Source of the DNA: a bacterium
GTDB taxonomy: Bacteria; Actinomycetota; Thermoleophilia; RBG-16-64-13
Length of the DNA stretch: 64,000 nucleotides
Assembly: GCA_043801935.1 (NCBI GenBank)
Contig: JAZDLO010000058.1
Span: 7,075-71,074 of the forward strand
Direction of reading: 5' to 3'
Of this stretch, positions 8,383 through 18,321 are shown in pieces. Every line of letters starts with the position of its first letter. The first letter of the stretch is position 1. The translations under genes were made by a program, and so were the position numbers. Below the pieces are notes generated by a model that did no database searches, was not told the origin of the DNA, and saw nothing but the letters and a program-made list of their open reading frames with translations.

Positions 8383-11018
8383 ATCGCACCGACGCGCATT
8401 TGCGGATCAAAGACAAAACGGTGCTAAAGACGCTCAACCAGCACTCTTTCGCTCAGGGTGGCGAAATAGCAGACGTGGACGTCAAGGACGGGAAGATCGT
8501 CAGGATACGGCCCCATCATCACGATGAGAGATACACAAAGAAAGAGTTGGGGCAATACACGCTGGAGAAAGATGGAATCACGTACCAGACGCCTCTCAAA
8601 GGTCTGGTCGCTCCATATCAGGTCGCCTACAAGAAGCGGGTCTACTCTCCCAACCGTATCAAGTACCCCCTCAAGCGGGTGGACTGGGACCCCAAAGGTG
8701 AACGAAATCCCCAAAACCGGGGCAAGAGCAAGTACGTCAGGATCTCTTGGGATGAAGCCGTCACCATGATCGCCGACGAGATCAGGCGCATCCACAAGGA
8801 ATATGGACCCCTCGGCCTGCTGGCGCACGGTGATGGGCACGGGGAGACCAAGACCATCCACGGGACTCACGCTGTGCAGATGGATTTGCTGAGCATGATG
8901 GGTGGCTACACTCAGGCGCTCAGGAACCCCGACAGCTGGGAAGGTTGGTACTGGGGAACCAAGCATGTTTGGGGCAATGGGGAGAACGGCCTCTGTCTAC
9001 CCGCCGACAACATGATGAACGACGTCACCCAGCACACGGAGATGATCGTGCACATCGGCGCCGACTTGGAGACGACCCCTTGGGGGTTCGCCGGGCAGTT
9101 CGCCAGCGGTGTCCTGTACTACTGGTCCAAGCTCGGTAAACAGCAGGTCTTCGTGTCTCCCGATCTCAACTACTCCGGTGCGGTCCACGCCGACAAGTGG
9201 ATACCGGTGCTGCCCAATACCGACGCGGCTCTGCATCTCGCCATCGCCTATGTGTGGATGACCGAGGGCACCTACGACAAGGAATACGTCGCCACCCACG
9301 TGGTGGGCTTCGACAAGTTCGAAGACTACGTCCTTGGGCGAGAAGACGGGGTGGCAAAGACCCCTGCGTGGGCTTCCGAAAAATGTGGCATCCCTGAATG
9401 GACGATCAAGGCGCTGGCCCGAGAATGGGCGGCCAAGCCCACCTGCACCATGCACTTCTACGGTGGGTCGTACATCCGGGGTCCCTACTCCCACGAACCC
9501 GCCCGGCTGGAGGCTTGTCTCCTGGGCATGCAAGGACTGGGCAAACCGGGCGTCCACCAGTACTACAAGATGGGGGGCGACGACCGCTGGATGAACGACA
9601 CCCCTCGTACCTTGCGAAGGATCGACGACCTGAAGTTTCAGATGGCCATCTGGCCGGGGGCCAGGCAGACCTTCATCTCGTCCAAACAGGTCATTCCCAA
9701 GACCCAGTTGAGCCAGGCTATCTTGGGCCCTCCGCTGAGTTGGTGGGGCAGCACCCAACAGTTCTCGGGCATCCATGAACAGTTCGAGAAATACACTTAT
9801 CCCATACCGGAGGAAGAGGGCGGCACCGAGATCCACATGATATGGATGGACAACCCTTGTCGCACGACCTGCTGGAACGACGGTTTCATGACGGTGGAGG
9901 CCTTCCGGAGCCCTAAGATCGAGACTATCGTGGTGCAGCACCCCTGGTTGGAGAACGACACGATCCTCGCCGACATCATCTTGCCCATCAACACCAAGTT
10001 GGAAGAAGAAGACATCGGCAGGCTGTCCGCCGGCGGCAGATCGGTCCACGGTTGCCTGCTTGAGAGACAAGCCATAGAACCGATCGGGGAGTCGCTGAGC
10101 GACTACGAAGCTGTGGCCGAAGTGGCCAAGAAATTCGGTCTCTACGATGAGTTCACGGGCGGCATGACGGTCGAAGAAAAGATCGAGCTTGGCTATGACA
10201 AGCTGGAAATAAGTGATCTGATCAGCTGGGAGGACTTCCAGGACAAGCAGTACTACATCGTCCCCACCCACCCGGAATGGGAAAAGGTCCCGCCCGGCTT
10301 GAGGGAGTTTTACGAAGACCCGGAGAAGCACCCCCTCGAGACTCCGACGGGCAAGCTCGAGTTCTATTCGCAGAGGCTCGCTGATCACTTCCCGGACGAC
10401 AACGTGAGAGGACCCCTTCCCAAGTGGATCGAAAAGGACGACTTCCACGACGAGAGACTCTCCAGCACCCGGGCCAAGAAGTATCCGCTTCTCCTGATGA
10501 GCAACCACGGCCGTTGGAGAACCCACGCCCAGAACGAAGACATCACCTGGACCCGGGAGATCATGACCCACAAGGTCAAGGGCTGGGACGGCTACATGTA
10601 CGAACCGGTCTGGATCAACCCGAAGGATGCGGAAGCGCGAGGCATCAAGGACGGGGACATCGTCAAGATGTTCAACGAGAGAGGGACCGTTCTCGGCGGG
10701 GCCCTGGTTTGGGAGAGGATCATCCCCGGCGCCGTATCCAGCGATCACGGGGCCCGGGTGGACATGATCTGTATTGACGGGCCCGACGGATACCTCGATC
10801 GAGGCGGGGCTAACAACCTCATCTCCCCGCTGAACGGCATCTCTAAGAACTGCTGGGGCATGGCTACAAGTGGCTTCCTGGTGGACGTACAGAAAGTGAG
10901 CATGGCCGAGATGGAAGCGTGGCGGGAGAAGTATCCAGAGGCTTTCGCCCGTAAGTACGATCCGGCTTCAGGTCTTCCGCTTGAGGCTTGGGTCTTAGAA
11001 GAGGGAGAGAGCGCATGA
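8373..11018 (+). CDS. Molybdopterin (bis-MGD) oxidoreductase large subunit, AthL-like, clade A (copy A1)
   Basis: 881 aa from ATG 8373, after AAAGGGGGGG; it overlaps the hydrolase stop by 10 nt. No Tat motif and no N-terminal Cys cluster. Motifs: DWDPKGERNPQNRG, ISWDEA, NPDSWEGWYWG, DAEARGIKDGDIVKMFNERG. The layout matches the P. acidigallici transhydroxylase large subunit as I recall it. Confidence 0.9.
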   Translation: MAVDRTDAHLRIKDKTVLKTLNQHSFAQGGEIADVDVKDGKIVRIRPHHHDERYTKKELGQYTLEKDGITYQTPLKGLVAPYQVAYKKRVYSPNRIKYPLKRVDWDPKGERNPQNRGKSKYVRISWDEAVTMIADEIRRIHKEYGPLGLLAHGDGHGETKTIHGTHAVQMDLLSMMGGYTQALRNPDSWEGWYWGTKHVWGNGENGLCLPADNMMNDVTQHTEMIVHIGADLETTPWGFAGQFASGVLYYWSKLGKQQVFVSPDLNYSGAVHADKWIPVLPNTDAALHLAIAYVWMTEGTYDKEYVATHVVGFDKFEDYVLGREDGVAKTPAWASEKCGIPEWTIKALAREWAAKPTCTMHFYGGSYIRGPYSHEPARLEACLLGMQGLGKPGVHQYYKMGGDDRWMNDTPRTLRRIDDLKFQMAIWPGARQTFISSKQVIPKTQLSQAILGPPLSWWGSTQQFSGIHEQFEKYTYPIPEEEGGTEIHMIWMDNPCRTTCWNDGFMTVEAFRSPKIETIVVQHPWLENDTILADIILPINTKLEEEDIGRLSAGGRSVHGCLLERQAIEPIGESLSDYEAVAEVAKKFGLYDEFTGGMTVEEKIELGYDKLEISDLISWEDFQDKQYYIVPTHPEWEKVPPGLREFYEDPEKHPLETPTGKLEFYSQRLADHFPDDNVRGPLPKWIEKDDFHDERLSSTRAKKYPLLLMSNHGRWRTHAQNEDITWTREIMTHKVKGWDGYMYEPVWINPKDAEARGIKDGDIVKMFNERGTVLGGALVWERIIPGAVSSDHGARVDMICIDGPDGYLDRGGANNLISPLNGISKNCWGMATSGFLVDVQKVSMAEMEAWREKYPEAFARKYDPASGLPLEAWVLEEGESA

Positions 11019-11845
11019 AGGTCTTCGTCTTCGACACCTCGATCTGCAACGGCTGCTACTGCTGCCAGATTGCCTGCAAGGATGAGCATTGCGCCAACGA
11101 TTGGACCCCGTACGCAAGACCCCAGCCCGACACTGGTCAGTTCTGGCTCAAGCTGACCGAGCATGTCCGGGGCACAGTGCCCAAGGTAAAAATGCACTAC
11201 CTCCCCTCTCTCTGCAACCACTGCGACGACGCGGCGTGCCTGGCCGCTTGCCCGGTGGAAGGGGCCATCTACAAGCGTGATGACGGCCTCGTCATCATCG
11301 ACCCGGAGAAATGCACGGGCTGCACCCTGTGCGTGAGTGCATGCCCCTACCAAGCCATATACATGAACGAGGGGCTGAACCTCGCCCAGAAGTGCACCGG
11401 ATGTGCCCATCTCCTGGACGCCGGTTGGAAAGAGCCCCGTTGTGTGGATGTCTGTCCCACCCTGGCCCTCAGGTTCATGGAAGAGTCCGAGGCCCAGGAA
11501 CTGATCGCCGACGCTGAGGTACTCCATCCTGAGTATGAGCAGAAGCCTCGGGTCTACTATCTGAACGTTCCCAAGAGGTTCATCGGAGGTACAGTCTATG
11601 ACCCGGTCGAGAAGGAAGTGGTCATCGGGGCGACTTGCACCCTGACCGGAGCCGGAGTCAATCGAACGGAGATCACCAACGGCTTTGGGGACTTCTGGTT
11701 CGAGGACCTGGATGTGGGCACTTATTCAGTGGAGATAGAGGCCGACCGATTCTCCAGCAAGACCTTTCTGGACGTGAGCACCGAGAAGGACGTGAACTTG
11801 GGGGATATCCCTCTTGAGGACGGCTGCCATACCGCGAAGGTATAG
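11015..11845 (+). CDS. 3x[4Fe-4S] ferredoxin-type small subunit with C-terminal Ig/beta-barrel domain, BthL-like (copy B1)
   Basis: ATGA start/stop overlap with A1. Cys motifs: CNGCYCCQIACKDEHC, CNHCDDAACLAACP, CTGCTLCVSACP, CTGCAHLLD...PRCVDVCP. The tail GFGDFWFEDLDVGTYSVEIEAD is a carboxypeptidase-regulatory-like fold. Confidence 0.9.
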   Translation: MKVFVFDTSICNGCYCCQIACKDEHCANDWTPYARPQPDTGQFWLKLTEHVRGTVPKVKMHYLPSLCNHCDDAACLAACPVEGAIYKRDDGLVIIDPEKCTGCTLCVSACPYQAIYMNEGLNLAQKCTGCAHLLDAGWKEPRCVDVCPTLALRFMEESEAQELIADAEVLHPEYEQKPRVYYLNVPKRFIGGTVYDPVEKEVVIGATCTLTGAGVNRTEITNGFGDFWFEDLDVGTYSVEIEADRFSSKTFLDVSTEKDVNLGDIPLEDGCHTAKV

Positions 11846-11881
11846 GACGGTAAAGTGCTTTCGAGGACGAAGGGGGGAACG

Positions 11882-13309
11882 ATGTTCAAGAAAGAAGCCA
11901 AGACCTACAGCCGGCGCGAGTTCCTGAAGATCGCAGGTATCGCCGGCGCGGCGGCGAGCGTGGGTGCCGGTTTGGGCGGGCTGGTCGCCGCTTGTGGCGA
12001 GGAAACCGGGACCGCCACCACCGCCGGAGCCACGACTACCACCGCTGGTGCCACCACTACCGCAACAGCGGGGAGCACCACTACGGTCAGCACCGGCCCG
12101 GAGGCCGGGCGCGACCTCAAGATCGGCGTGATCTCCCCGGAGACGGGGGCCCTCGCGCCATTCGCCGTCGGAGTCAACTGGACCATAGGACGAGTCGATG
12201 AGTACCTCAAAGATGGGATCGTCTGCAGCGACGGGAAGCAGCGCAAGCTCCAGCTCATCAAGAGAGACACCCAGTCCGACTCCAACCGGTCGGCTCAGGT
12301 CACTGCCGATCTCATCCAATTGGATAGTGTAGACATCGTACTGAGCTCCGGCGCCCCCGACACCACCAGCCCGTCGGCCGACACGTGCGAGGCTCTGGGC
12401 TGTCCCAGCCTGAGTAGCGCCGGCCCCTGGCAGGCGTTCTTTTTCGACCGCAAGCCGCCGGCAGAGGGGTTCAAATGGACCTACGGCGTGCTGCTCGGCT
12501 CCGAACAGACCATCCTCTGTTTTTCCGAGATGTTCGATCAGATCCCCAACAACAAAGTGGTCGCCATGCTGTTCGCCAACGACGCAGATGCGGCCGGGTG
12601 GATGGCGGAGAACGCAGCCCCCGCTGTGTTCGAGGCCAAGGGATACACTCTGGTGGTGCCCACCTGGTACACGCCCGGCGCTGAAGACTTTACCGCTCAG
12701 ATCTCCGAGTTCAAGAAGGCGGGATGCGAGATCCTCTGCGGCACCAACACTCCGCCGGATTTCACCAACTTCTGGAAGCAGAGCATCCAGCAAGGTTTCC
12801 ACCCCAAGCTGGCCAGCAGCGGCAAGGCACTCCTGTTCCCCGAGACCTTGAATGCCATCGGGGAAGTCGGCCAGGGTCTCCTAGGCGAGGTCGGGTGGCA
12901 CCGCACCTTCCCCTACCTTGACACCCTCACTGGCCAGACCGCGGAAGAACTGGCCCAGGACTTCGAGACCAAGACGGGCATGGTGGCGTGTACGAACAGC
13001 ACCGGCATGTATCAGCTGGCCGAGTGGGCGGTCGATGTGTTAAAGCGGGCCGCCAGCCCGGAAGACAAAGAGAGCGTCGTCGAGGCCATTAGGACCACCA
13101 ACATGACCACCACCAATGGTCCCCTCGACTTCACCCAGCCGATGGACATGATGGGCTGGCATCCGGTGCCCAACTGTGTCAAGTCGGTCTTGTGCGGAGG
13201 CCAGTGGGTCAAGGGCGAGAAGTACCCCTTCGAAGTGGCCATCTGCAGCAACGCCCAGGCTCCAGACGTCAAGGTGCAGGACAAGGTGCAGCCGATGGCC
13301 TACTCGTAG
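11882..13309 (+). CDS. LivJ-type substrate-binding lipoprotein with Tat-like signal (SBP2)
   Basis: ATG 11882 follows AAGGGGGGAAC. SRREFLK twin-arginine motif, lipobox LVAAC, then a Thr/Gly/Ala linker (GEETGTATTAGATTTTAGATTTATAGSTTT). The body is paralogous to the other three SBPs. Confidence 0.9.
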   Translation: MFKKEAKTYSRREFLKIAGIAGAAASVGAGLGGLVAACGEETGTATTAGATTTTAGATTTATAGSTTTVSTGPEAGRDLKIGVISPETGALAPFAVGVNWTIGRVDEYLKDGIVCSDGKQRKLQLIKRDTQSDSNRSAQVTADLIQLDSVDIVLSSGAPDTTSPSADTCEALGCPSLSSAGPWQAFFFDRKPPAEGFKWTYGVLLGSEQTILCFSEMFDQIPNNKVVAMLFANDADAAGWMAENAAPAVFEAKGYTLVVPTWYTPGAEDFTAQISEFKKAGCEILCGTNTPPDFTNFWKQSIQQGFHPKLASSGKALLFPETLNAIGEVGQGLLGEVGWHRTFPYLDTLTGQTAEELAQDFETKTGMVACTNSTGMYQLAEWAVDVLKRAASPEDKESVVEAIRTTNMTTTNGPLDFTQPMDMMGWHPVPNCVKSVLCGGQWVKGEKYPFEVAICSNAQAPDVKVQDKVQPMAYS

Positions 13310-13327
13310 TCATCGAGCCAGATGTAG

Positions 13328-13427
13328 GTTCGTCGCCCGGGCTCTGCCCCGGGCTACGAACTGAGACGGAGGACCGTGCGAGCCGGCACGGGTAACGGTG
13401 GACAGGCCGCCGCCCGGCGGCCACCGT
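13328..13427 (+). terminator. Two GC-rich stem-loops after SBP2 (possible terminator or processing site)
   Basis: GTTCGTCGCCCGGG (13328-13341) pairs with CCCGGGCTACGAAC (13348-13361) with one mismatch. A second hairpin, ACGGTGG...CCACCGT, spans 13395-13427. Neither has a U-tract, so the function is uncertain. Confidence 0.35.
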
Positions 13428-13501
13428 GAAGCATGCAGAAACACTGCTATTCGGCGTTGGCGGCCATCATCATGCGACTTTCGTAACAAGGGAGCCGACT
13501 C

Positions 13502-16015
13502 ATGACAGAGCAAGTCTTTATGAACGCGACGATCGCCGGTCCCGTGTCAGTGTATGTCGAGGATGGCAGGATAGTCAGAATCAGGCCGTTGCAGGTCGAC
13601 GATGAAGATTTGAAACCTTGGATGATCACAGATCCCAAGGGCACTGAGTACTCGCCACCCAAGAAGTTGAAAGTCGGGCCTTACGTGATGGCCGCTCGAA
13701 CGCAGATCTACTCTGAAGACCGGCTTCTATATCCCATGAAGAGGGTGGACTTCGATCCGAATGGCGAAAGACACCCCGAAAACCGCGGTAAGTCCGGCTA
13801 CGAACGCATAAGCTGGGAAGAAGCCTTGGAAGTCGTGGCCGGCGAGATGAAGCGTCTGAGGACCGCCCACGGCCCGGCGGCGATCGGCGCCCTTGATCAG
13901 GACCATCACAATTGGGGGATCGTGGGATACAGATTCGGGCCCTATTTCAGGTTCTTCAACACGATCGGATTCACCGAAGTACTGCACAACCCCGATAGTT
14001 GGGAAGGCTGGCATTGGGGTGCCCCCCATGTGTATGGATACTGGTGGCAGCTGGGCGTACCAGAGCAGTTCGATCTCCTGGAAGACACGATGAGACACGC
14101 AGAGAACATCGTGTATTGGTCCATAGACCCGGATTTTGTGCGAGCTGCTTACAACGGCATGGAATCCGCCATTTGGTTCGAGTGGATGAGGGACGCCGGA
14201 AAGCAACAGATATTCATCGACCCGTTCTGCAACTACAGTGCTTCGAAGATCGCAGACAAATGGATAGCGCCGAGACCGGGTACCGATGCGGCTCTGGCGC
14301 TCGCAATCGCGAGTGTATGGATCAGGGAAGGCACCTACGATGAGGGTTACCTCGCCGACCGGACGGTGGGTTTCGGGGAGTTCGAAAGGTATGTCATCGG
14401 TGAGGAGGACGGGGTGGCAAAGACCCCCGCGTGGGCTGCAGAGATCACCGGAATCCCGGCCAGAACGATCGAGGCTCTGGCCCGAGAATGGGCCGCGAAG
14501 AAGACGACAGTGATGGGATGCGGCATGGGTGGTGCGTGCCGCACGGCCTACGGCCACGAATACGCCCGCATAGTAGTGCTGTTGCAGGCGATGCAGGGAC
14601 TGGGAAAGCCGGGGGTCAATCTGTGGGGCAATGCCACCGGAGCACCGGCGGACTATGATGTCTTCTTTCCGGGTTACGCCGACCTAGACGCCATGATGAG
14701 CTTTTCCCGGGCCGCCAGAAAGAAGGCGATCAATCCGGTGGAACAGCGCCTGTATCGTCTTCTTTTGGCTGATTCCATTCTGAGTCCTCCGGTCGAATGG
14801 ACGGGAGAGGGCTTCTGCGGCCAGAAACTGGAGCAGCAATTTGCCAAGTTCGTCTATCCGATGCCGGGGTACCCGGAGATCAAGATGCTTTACCGTTACG
14901 GTGCTGCCTCGCTGGGGACCATGACCGAGGGAAACAAACTGGTGCAGATGTTCCAGAGCCCCAAACTGGAGACGGTGGTGGTGCAGGACTGCTGGTGGCA
15001 CACCGAGACAAGATTCGCCGATGTGATCCTGCCGGCATGCACCAACTTCGAACGCAACGATATCGCTGAGTGGGGAGAAGCGGGTGGATACCTCAAGTGG
15101 GGAACCACAGGGTCCAACTATCGCGTTATCACCTTCCAGCAGAAATGCATCGAGCCGCTCGGCGAATCGAGATCGGACTACTGGATATTCTCCCAACTCG
15201 CGAAGCGATTGGGAGTCTGGGAGGATTTCTCGGATGGTGGTAGGTCTGAAGAAGATTGGATCAAGGCGTACTTCGATATCAGCGACCTGCCGAAGCACAT
15301 CTCATGGGAAGAGTTCACGCAGAAGGGCTACTACGTCGTGCCTGCTCCGGATCCGTACAAATCCACGCCTGCCTTTCGCTGGTTCTATGAAGGCAGGGAG
15401 TGCGACACGCCGGACCTGATGAATCCCAACAAGGGCACCGACAGAGCCCACGAGCTGGCCACCCCCAGCGGAAAGATTGAGTTCGTATCCGGGAGCCTCA
15501 CCAGATTCACGCCGCACGACCGGGAAAGGCCGCCGGTGCCTCACTACATTCCTAGCTGGGAAGGCCACGGATCGGAACTGGCGACACGGTATCCGCTGCA
15601 GATGATATCGCCGCATCCCCGATACTCTTTCCACAGCCATTTCGACAAGAAGGGCTCTTGGATCAGTGACATTCCCGACCATCGCAAGCTCATCAACGGC
15701 TACTACTACTGGACGGCGAGGATCAGTCCGGCGGACGCCGCCGCACGCGGCATACGAGACGGTGACGTGGTTCGACTCTACAACGATCGCGGCTCAGTCC
15801 TCTGTGCTGCGACGATCACAGAACGGATCAAACCCGGGGTGATACACAGTTTCTGCTCCAGCGGAAGATACGACCCCGTGGAGCCGGGAAAACCCTATTC
15901 ACTGGACCGGGGAGGGTGCGTCAACCTGCTCACCTCCGATAGGCTGATGTCTCTGAATGCGCCCGGGATGGCGCCGAATTCCTGTCTTGTCGAGATCGAA
16001 AGATGGGAGGTGTGA
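13502..16015 (+). CDS. Molybdopterin oxidoreductase large subunit, AthL-like, clade B (copy A2)
   Basis: 837 aa; AAGGGAG SD. Motifs: NATIAGPVSVYVEDGRIVRIRPL, FDPNGERHPENRG, DQDHHNWGIVGYR, NPDSWEGWHWG, FFPGYAD, ILPACTNFERNDI. No Tat signal and no FeS motif. Confidence 0.9.
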   Translation: MTEQVFMNATIAGPVSVYVEDGRIVRIRPLQVDDEDLKPWMITDPKGTEYSPPKKLKVGPYVMAARTQIYSEDRLLYPMKRVDFDPNGERHPENRGKSGYERISWEEALEVVAGEMKRLRTAHGPAAIGALDQDHHNWGIVGYRFGPYFRFFNTIGFTEVLHNPDSWEGWHWGAPHVYGYWWQLGVPEQFDLLEDTMRHAENIVYWSIDPDFVRAAYNGMESAIWFEWMRDAGKQQIFIDPFCNYSASKIADKWIAPRPGTDAALALAIASVWIREGTYDEGYLADRTVGFGEFERYVIGEEDGVAKTPAWAAEITGIPARTIEALAREWAAKKTTVMGCGMGGACRTAYGHEYARIVVLLQAMQGLGKPGVNLWGNATGAPADYDVFFPGYADLDAMMSFSRAARKKAINPVEQRLYRLLLADSILSPPVEWTGEGFCGQKLEQQFAKFVYPMPGYPEIKMLYRYGAASLGTMTEGNKLVQMFQSPKLETVVVQDCWWHTETRFADVILPACTNFERNDIAEWGEAGGYLKWGTTGSNYRVITFQQKCIEPLGESRSDYWIFSQLAKRLGVWEDFSDGGRSEEDWIKAYFDISDLPKHISWEEFTQKGYYVVPAPDPYKSTPAFRWFYEGRECDTPDLMNPNKGTDRAHELATPSGKIEFVSGSLTRFTPHDRERPPVPHYIPSWEGHGSELATRYPLQMISPHPRYSFHSHFDKKGSWISDIPDHRKLINGYYYWTARISPADAAARGIRDGDVVRLYNDRGSVLCAATITERIKPGVIHSFCSSGRYDPVEPGKPYSLDRGGCVNLLTSDRLMSLNAPGMAPNSCLVEIERWEV

Positions 16016-16018
16016 CCG

Positions 16019-16849
16019 ATGCCGCGCTTCGGCCTGTTGATAGACATGAGTAGGTGCAACGGCTGCTACGGTTGCTTCATGGCGTGCCGGGACGAGTTCT
16101 GCGGCAACGATCACCTACCGTACTCCGCGGCCCAGCCGTATTCCGGGCACTTCTGGATGCGCGTCATCGAACGCGAGCGCGGTTCCTACCCGAAGGTGAA
16201 GACGTCCTATCTCAAAGTCCCATGTATGCATTGTGATGATGCTCCGTGTGTCACACAGCACCCGGACAAGGTCTACAGCCGACCTGACGGCATCGTCATC
16301 ATCGATCCGGTGAAAGCCACAGGGAGCAAGGAGATCTTGGATTCCTGCCCCTACAGGGCGATCTTCTGGAACGAGGAGAGGAGTCTGCCCCAGAAGTGCA
16401 CCCTGTGCGCACACTTGCTCGATCGGGGGTGGAAAGAACCGAGGTGCGTGGAAGTGTGTCCCACGAAGGCCCTGCTCTTCGGTGATCTAGATGACCCGGA
16501 GAGTGAAGTGTCCAAGCGTCTGGCCGAGGAAAATGCTGAAGTGCTCCACCCCGAATATGGCCTGAAGGAGAAGGTTTGGTACCTTAACATGCCCAAACGG
16601 TTCATCGCCGGCAGTTTGGTTTTTGGTGATACAGATGAATGCGCGCGCGATGTTGTTGTAACCCTCTTGGGCGAAGGTAGGAAGAAACAAGTCAAGAGCA
16701 GTGGGTTTGGAGATTTCGAATTCGAAGGCTTGGATAAGGACAAGAAATACTCTATTGAGATTAGGCACCCGGGTTATAGAGACAAAGAACTAATAATATA
16801 CACACCGATTGACAAGTATCTTGGCGACATAGTGCTAGAAAAGGTTTGA
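16019..16849 (+). CDS. BthL-like 3x[4Fe-4S] small subunit (copy B2)
   Basis: Starts 3 nt after the A2 stop. Motifs: CNGCYGCFMACRDEFC, CMHCDDAPCV, CTLCAHLLDRGWKEPRCVEVCP. The C-terminal barrel carries GFGDFEFEGLDKDKKYSIEI. The 3' ~250 nt are markedly AT-rich. Confidence 0.9.
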   Translation: MPRFGLLIDMSRCNGCYGCFMACRDEFCGNDHLPYSAAQPYSGHFWMRVIERERGSYPKVKTSYLKVPCMHCDDAPCVTQHPDKVYSRPDGIVIIDPVKATGSKEILDSCPYRAIFWNEERSLPQKCTLCAHLLDRGWKEPRCVEVCPTKALLFGDLDDPESEVSKRLAEENAEVLHPEYGLKEKVWYLNMPKRFIAGSLVFGDTDECARDVVVTLLGEGRKKQVKSSGFGDFEFEGLDKDKKYSIEIRHPGYRDKELIIYTPIDKYLGDIVLEKV

Positions 16850-16881
16850 GGCTGGTTGTTTAGATACTGGAGGCGCAATCA

Positions 16882-17886
16882 GTGAGTGAGTCGAAGTTTC
16901 TCGCTTGGATGCTCAGCAAGGGTGATGGGAAGCCGACCTTGCAGCTGGAGGAGCTCCAGCTGGAGGACCTGCCCGGGGGTGACGTCCTCGTCGAGGTCCA
17001 TTGGTCGTCCCTCAACTACAAGGATGCATTAGCCCTCACGGGCCGGGGCAAGATAGCGCGCCGCTTTCCACTCGTGCCCGGGATCGACCTCGCGGGGCTG
17101 GTGCGGGAGTCCTCCTCGCCCGACTTCAAGCCCGGGGACGAGGTGCTGGTCTGTTCCACGGGGGGGATCGGAGCGACGTACTGGGGCGGCTACGCCGGCT
17201 TCGCTCGGGTGCCGGCCGCGTCGCTCGTCCCCGTGCCACCTGCCCTCGGGATGCGGAGGACCATGGCCATAGGCACCGCGGGATACACGGCCGCTCTTGC
17301 TGTGAATGCACTCGTGCTGGCGGGAATGACATGTGAACCGGACAAGCCGGTGGTGGTCACGGGCGCGAGCGGAGGGCTCGGCGGGGTCGCCATCATGCTG
17401 CTTGCGAGGGCAGGCTACACGGTGGCCGCGTCGACGGGTCGTCCGGAGAACGATGTGTACCTCCGTCGTCTAGGTGCGGCCGAGATCATTCCTCGCTCGG
17501 AGCTGGAAAGGCAATCTCGGCCGCTGGAAACGCAACGCTGGGCCGGGGCGGTGGACGCCGTCGGCGGCAACACCCTCGCCACGATCCTGGCGGAGACGTG
17601 GTATGGAGGCAGCGTCGCCTCGTGTGGGCTTGCTGCAGGCAGTGAGCTCAACACGACGGTGATGCCCTTCATTCTGAGGGCGGTGAGCCTGCTCGGCATA
17701 GATGCCGTCTACGCCCCCGAAACCCCCCGTCGAAGGGCATGGGACCTGCTGGCCGGGCTGCCCGGCGACCTGCTTGACGAGATGACAAGTGAGGCTGCAC
17801 TTCGCGAGCTCCCCGGGCTGGCCGACAAGTTGCTGGCCGGGCAAATCAGAGGACGGATCGTCATCGACGTACGCCGATCCGCATAG
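16882..17886 (+). CDS. YhdH/AcuI-type zinc-independent MDR quinone oxidoreductase (acrylyl-CoA reductase-like)
   Basis: GTG start after GGAGG. Motifs: DVLVEVHWSSLNYKDALALTGRGKIARRFPLVPGIDLAG and VVVTGASGGLGGVA, characteristic of the YhdH/YhfP subgroup. Confidence 0.8.
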   Translation: MSESKFLAWMLSKGDGKPTLQLEELQLEDLPGGDVLVEVHWSSLNYKDALALTGRGKIARRFPLVPGIDLAGLVRESSSPDFKPGDEVLVCSTGGIGATYWGGYAGFARVPAASLVPVPPALGMRRTMAIGTAGYTAALAVNALVLAGMTCEPDKPVVVTGASGGLGGVAIMLLARAGYTVAASTGRPENDVYLRRLGAAEIIPRSELERQSRPLETQRWAGAVDAVGGNTLATILAETWYGGSVASCGLAAGSELNTTVMPFILRAVSLLGIDAVYAPETPRRRAWDLLAGLPGDLLDEMTSEAALRELPGLADKLLAGQIRGRIVIDVRRSA

Positions 17887-17888
17887 GC

Positions 17889-18317
17889 CTAAACGTTGTA
17901 GACTTCGCGCCCTAGGGTTCTTACCCAGTTCTGCGCCAACACCTTCTGAGCCTCTTCCGTCCGATCCACACCAAGGATGACGATGGCGTTGTCGTTGACC
18001 CTTCCCAGGTGAGGATAGAGGTAATGGACGTTGATACCGGCGGCCTTGAGTGGCTTCAGCACAGCGTTCACCCCGCCCGGATGGTCCGGAGTCTCCACGG
18101 CAAGCACGTCGGTCTCTTTGAGAGTATGGCCGCCGGCCGTGAGGATGTTCTTCGCTTTCTCGGGGTCGTCAACGACAAAGCGGACCGTACTGATGTCGGA
18201 AGTATCGGCTACAGAGATGGCCCGTATGTTAACTCCTTCTCGCCCCAGGGCCTCACTGATAGTGGAGAAACTCCCTGGAACGTTGTCCAGACTCACAGAA
18301 AGCTGCTTGATGACCAC
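17889..18317 (-). CDS. Tandem ACT-domain protein
   Basis: 142 aa with two ACT-like repeats (LSVSLDNVPGSFSTISEALGREGVNIRAISV... and LAVETPDHPGGVNAVLKPLKAAGINVHYLY). It is the last gene of the oxidoreductase operon. Confidence 0.75.
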   Translation of the reverse strand: MVIKQLSVSLDNVPGSFSTISEALGREGVNIRAISVADTSDISTVRFVVDDPEKAKNILTAGGHTLKETDVLAVETPDHPGGVNAVLKPLKAAGINVHYLYPHLGRVNDNAIVILGVDRTEEAQKVLAQNWVRTLGREVYNV

Positions 18318-18321
18318 GCGC

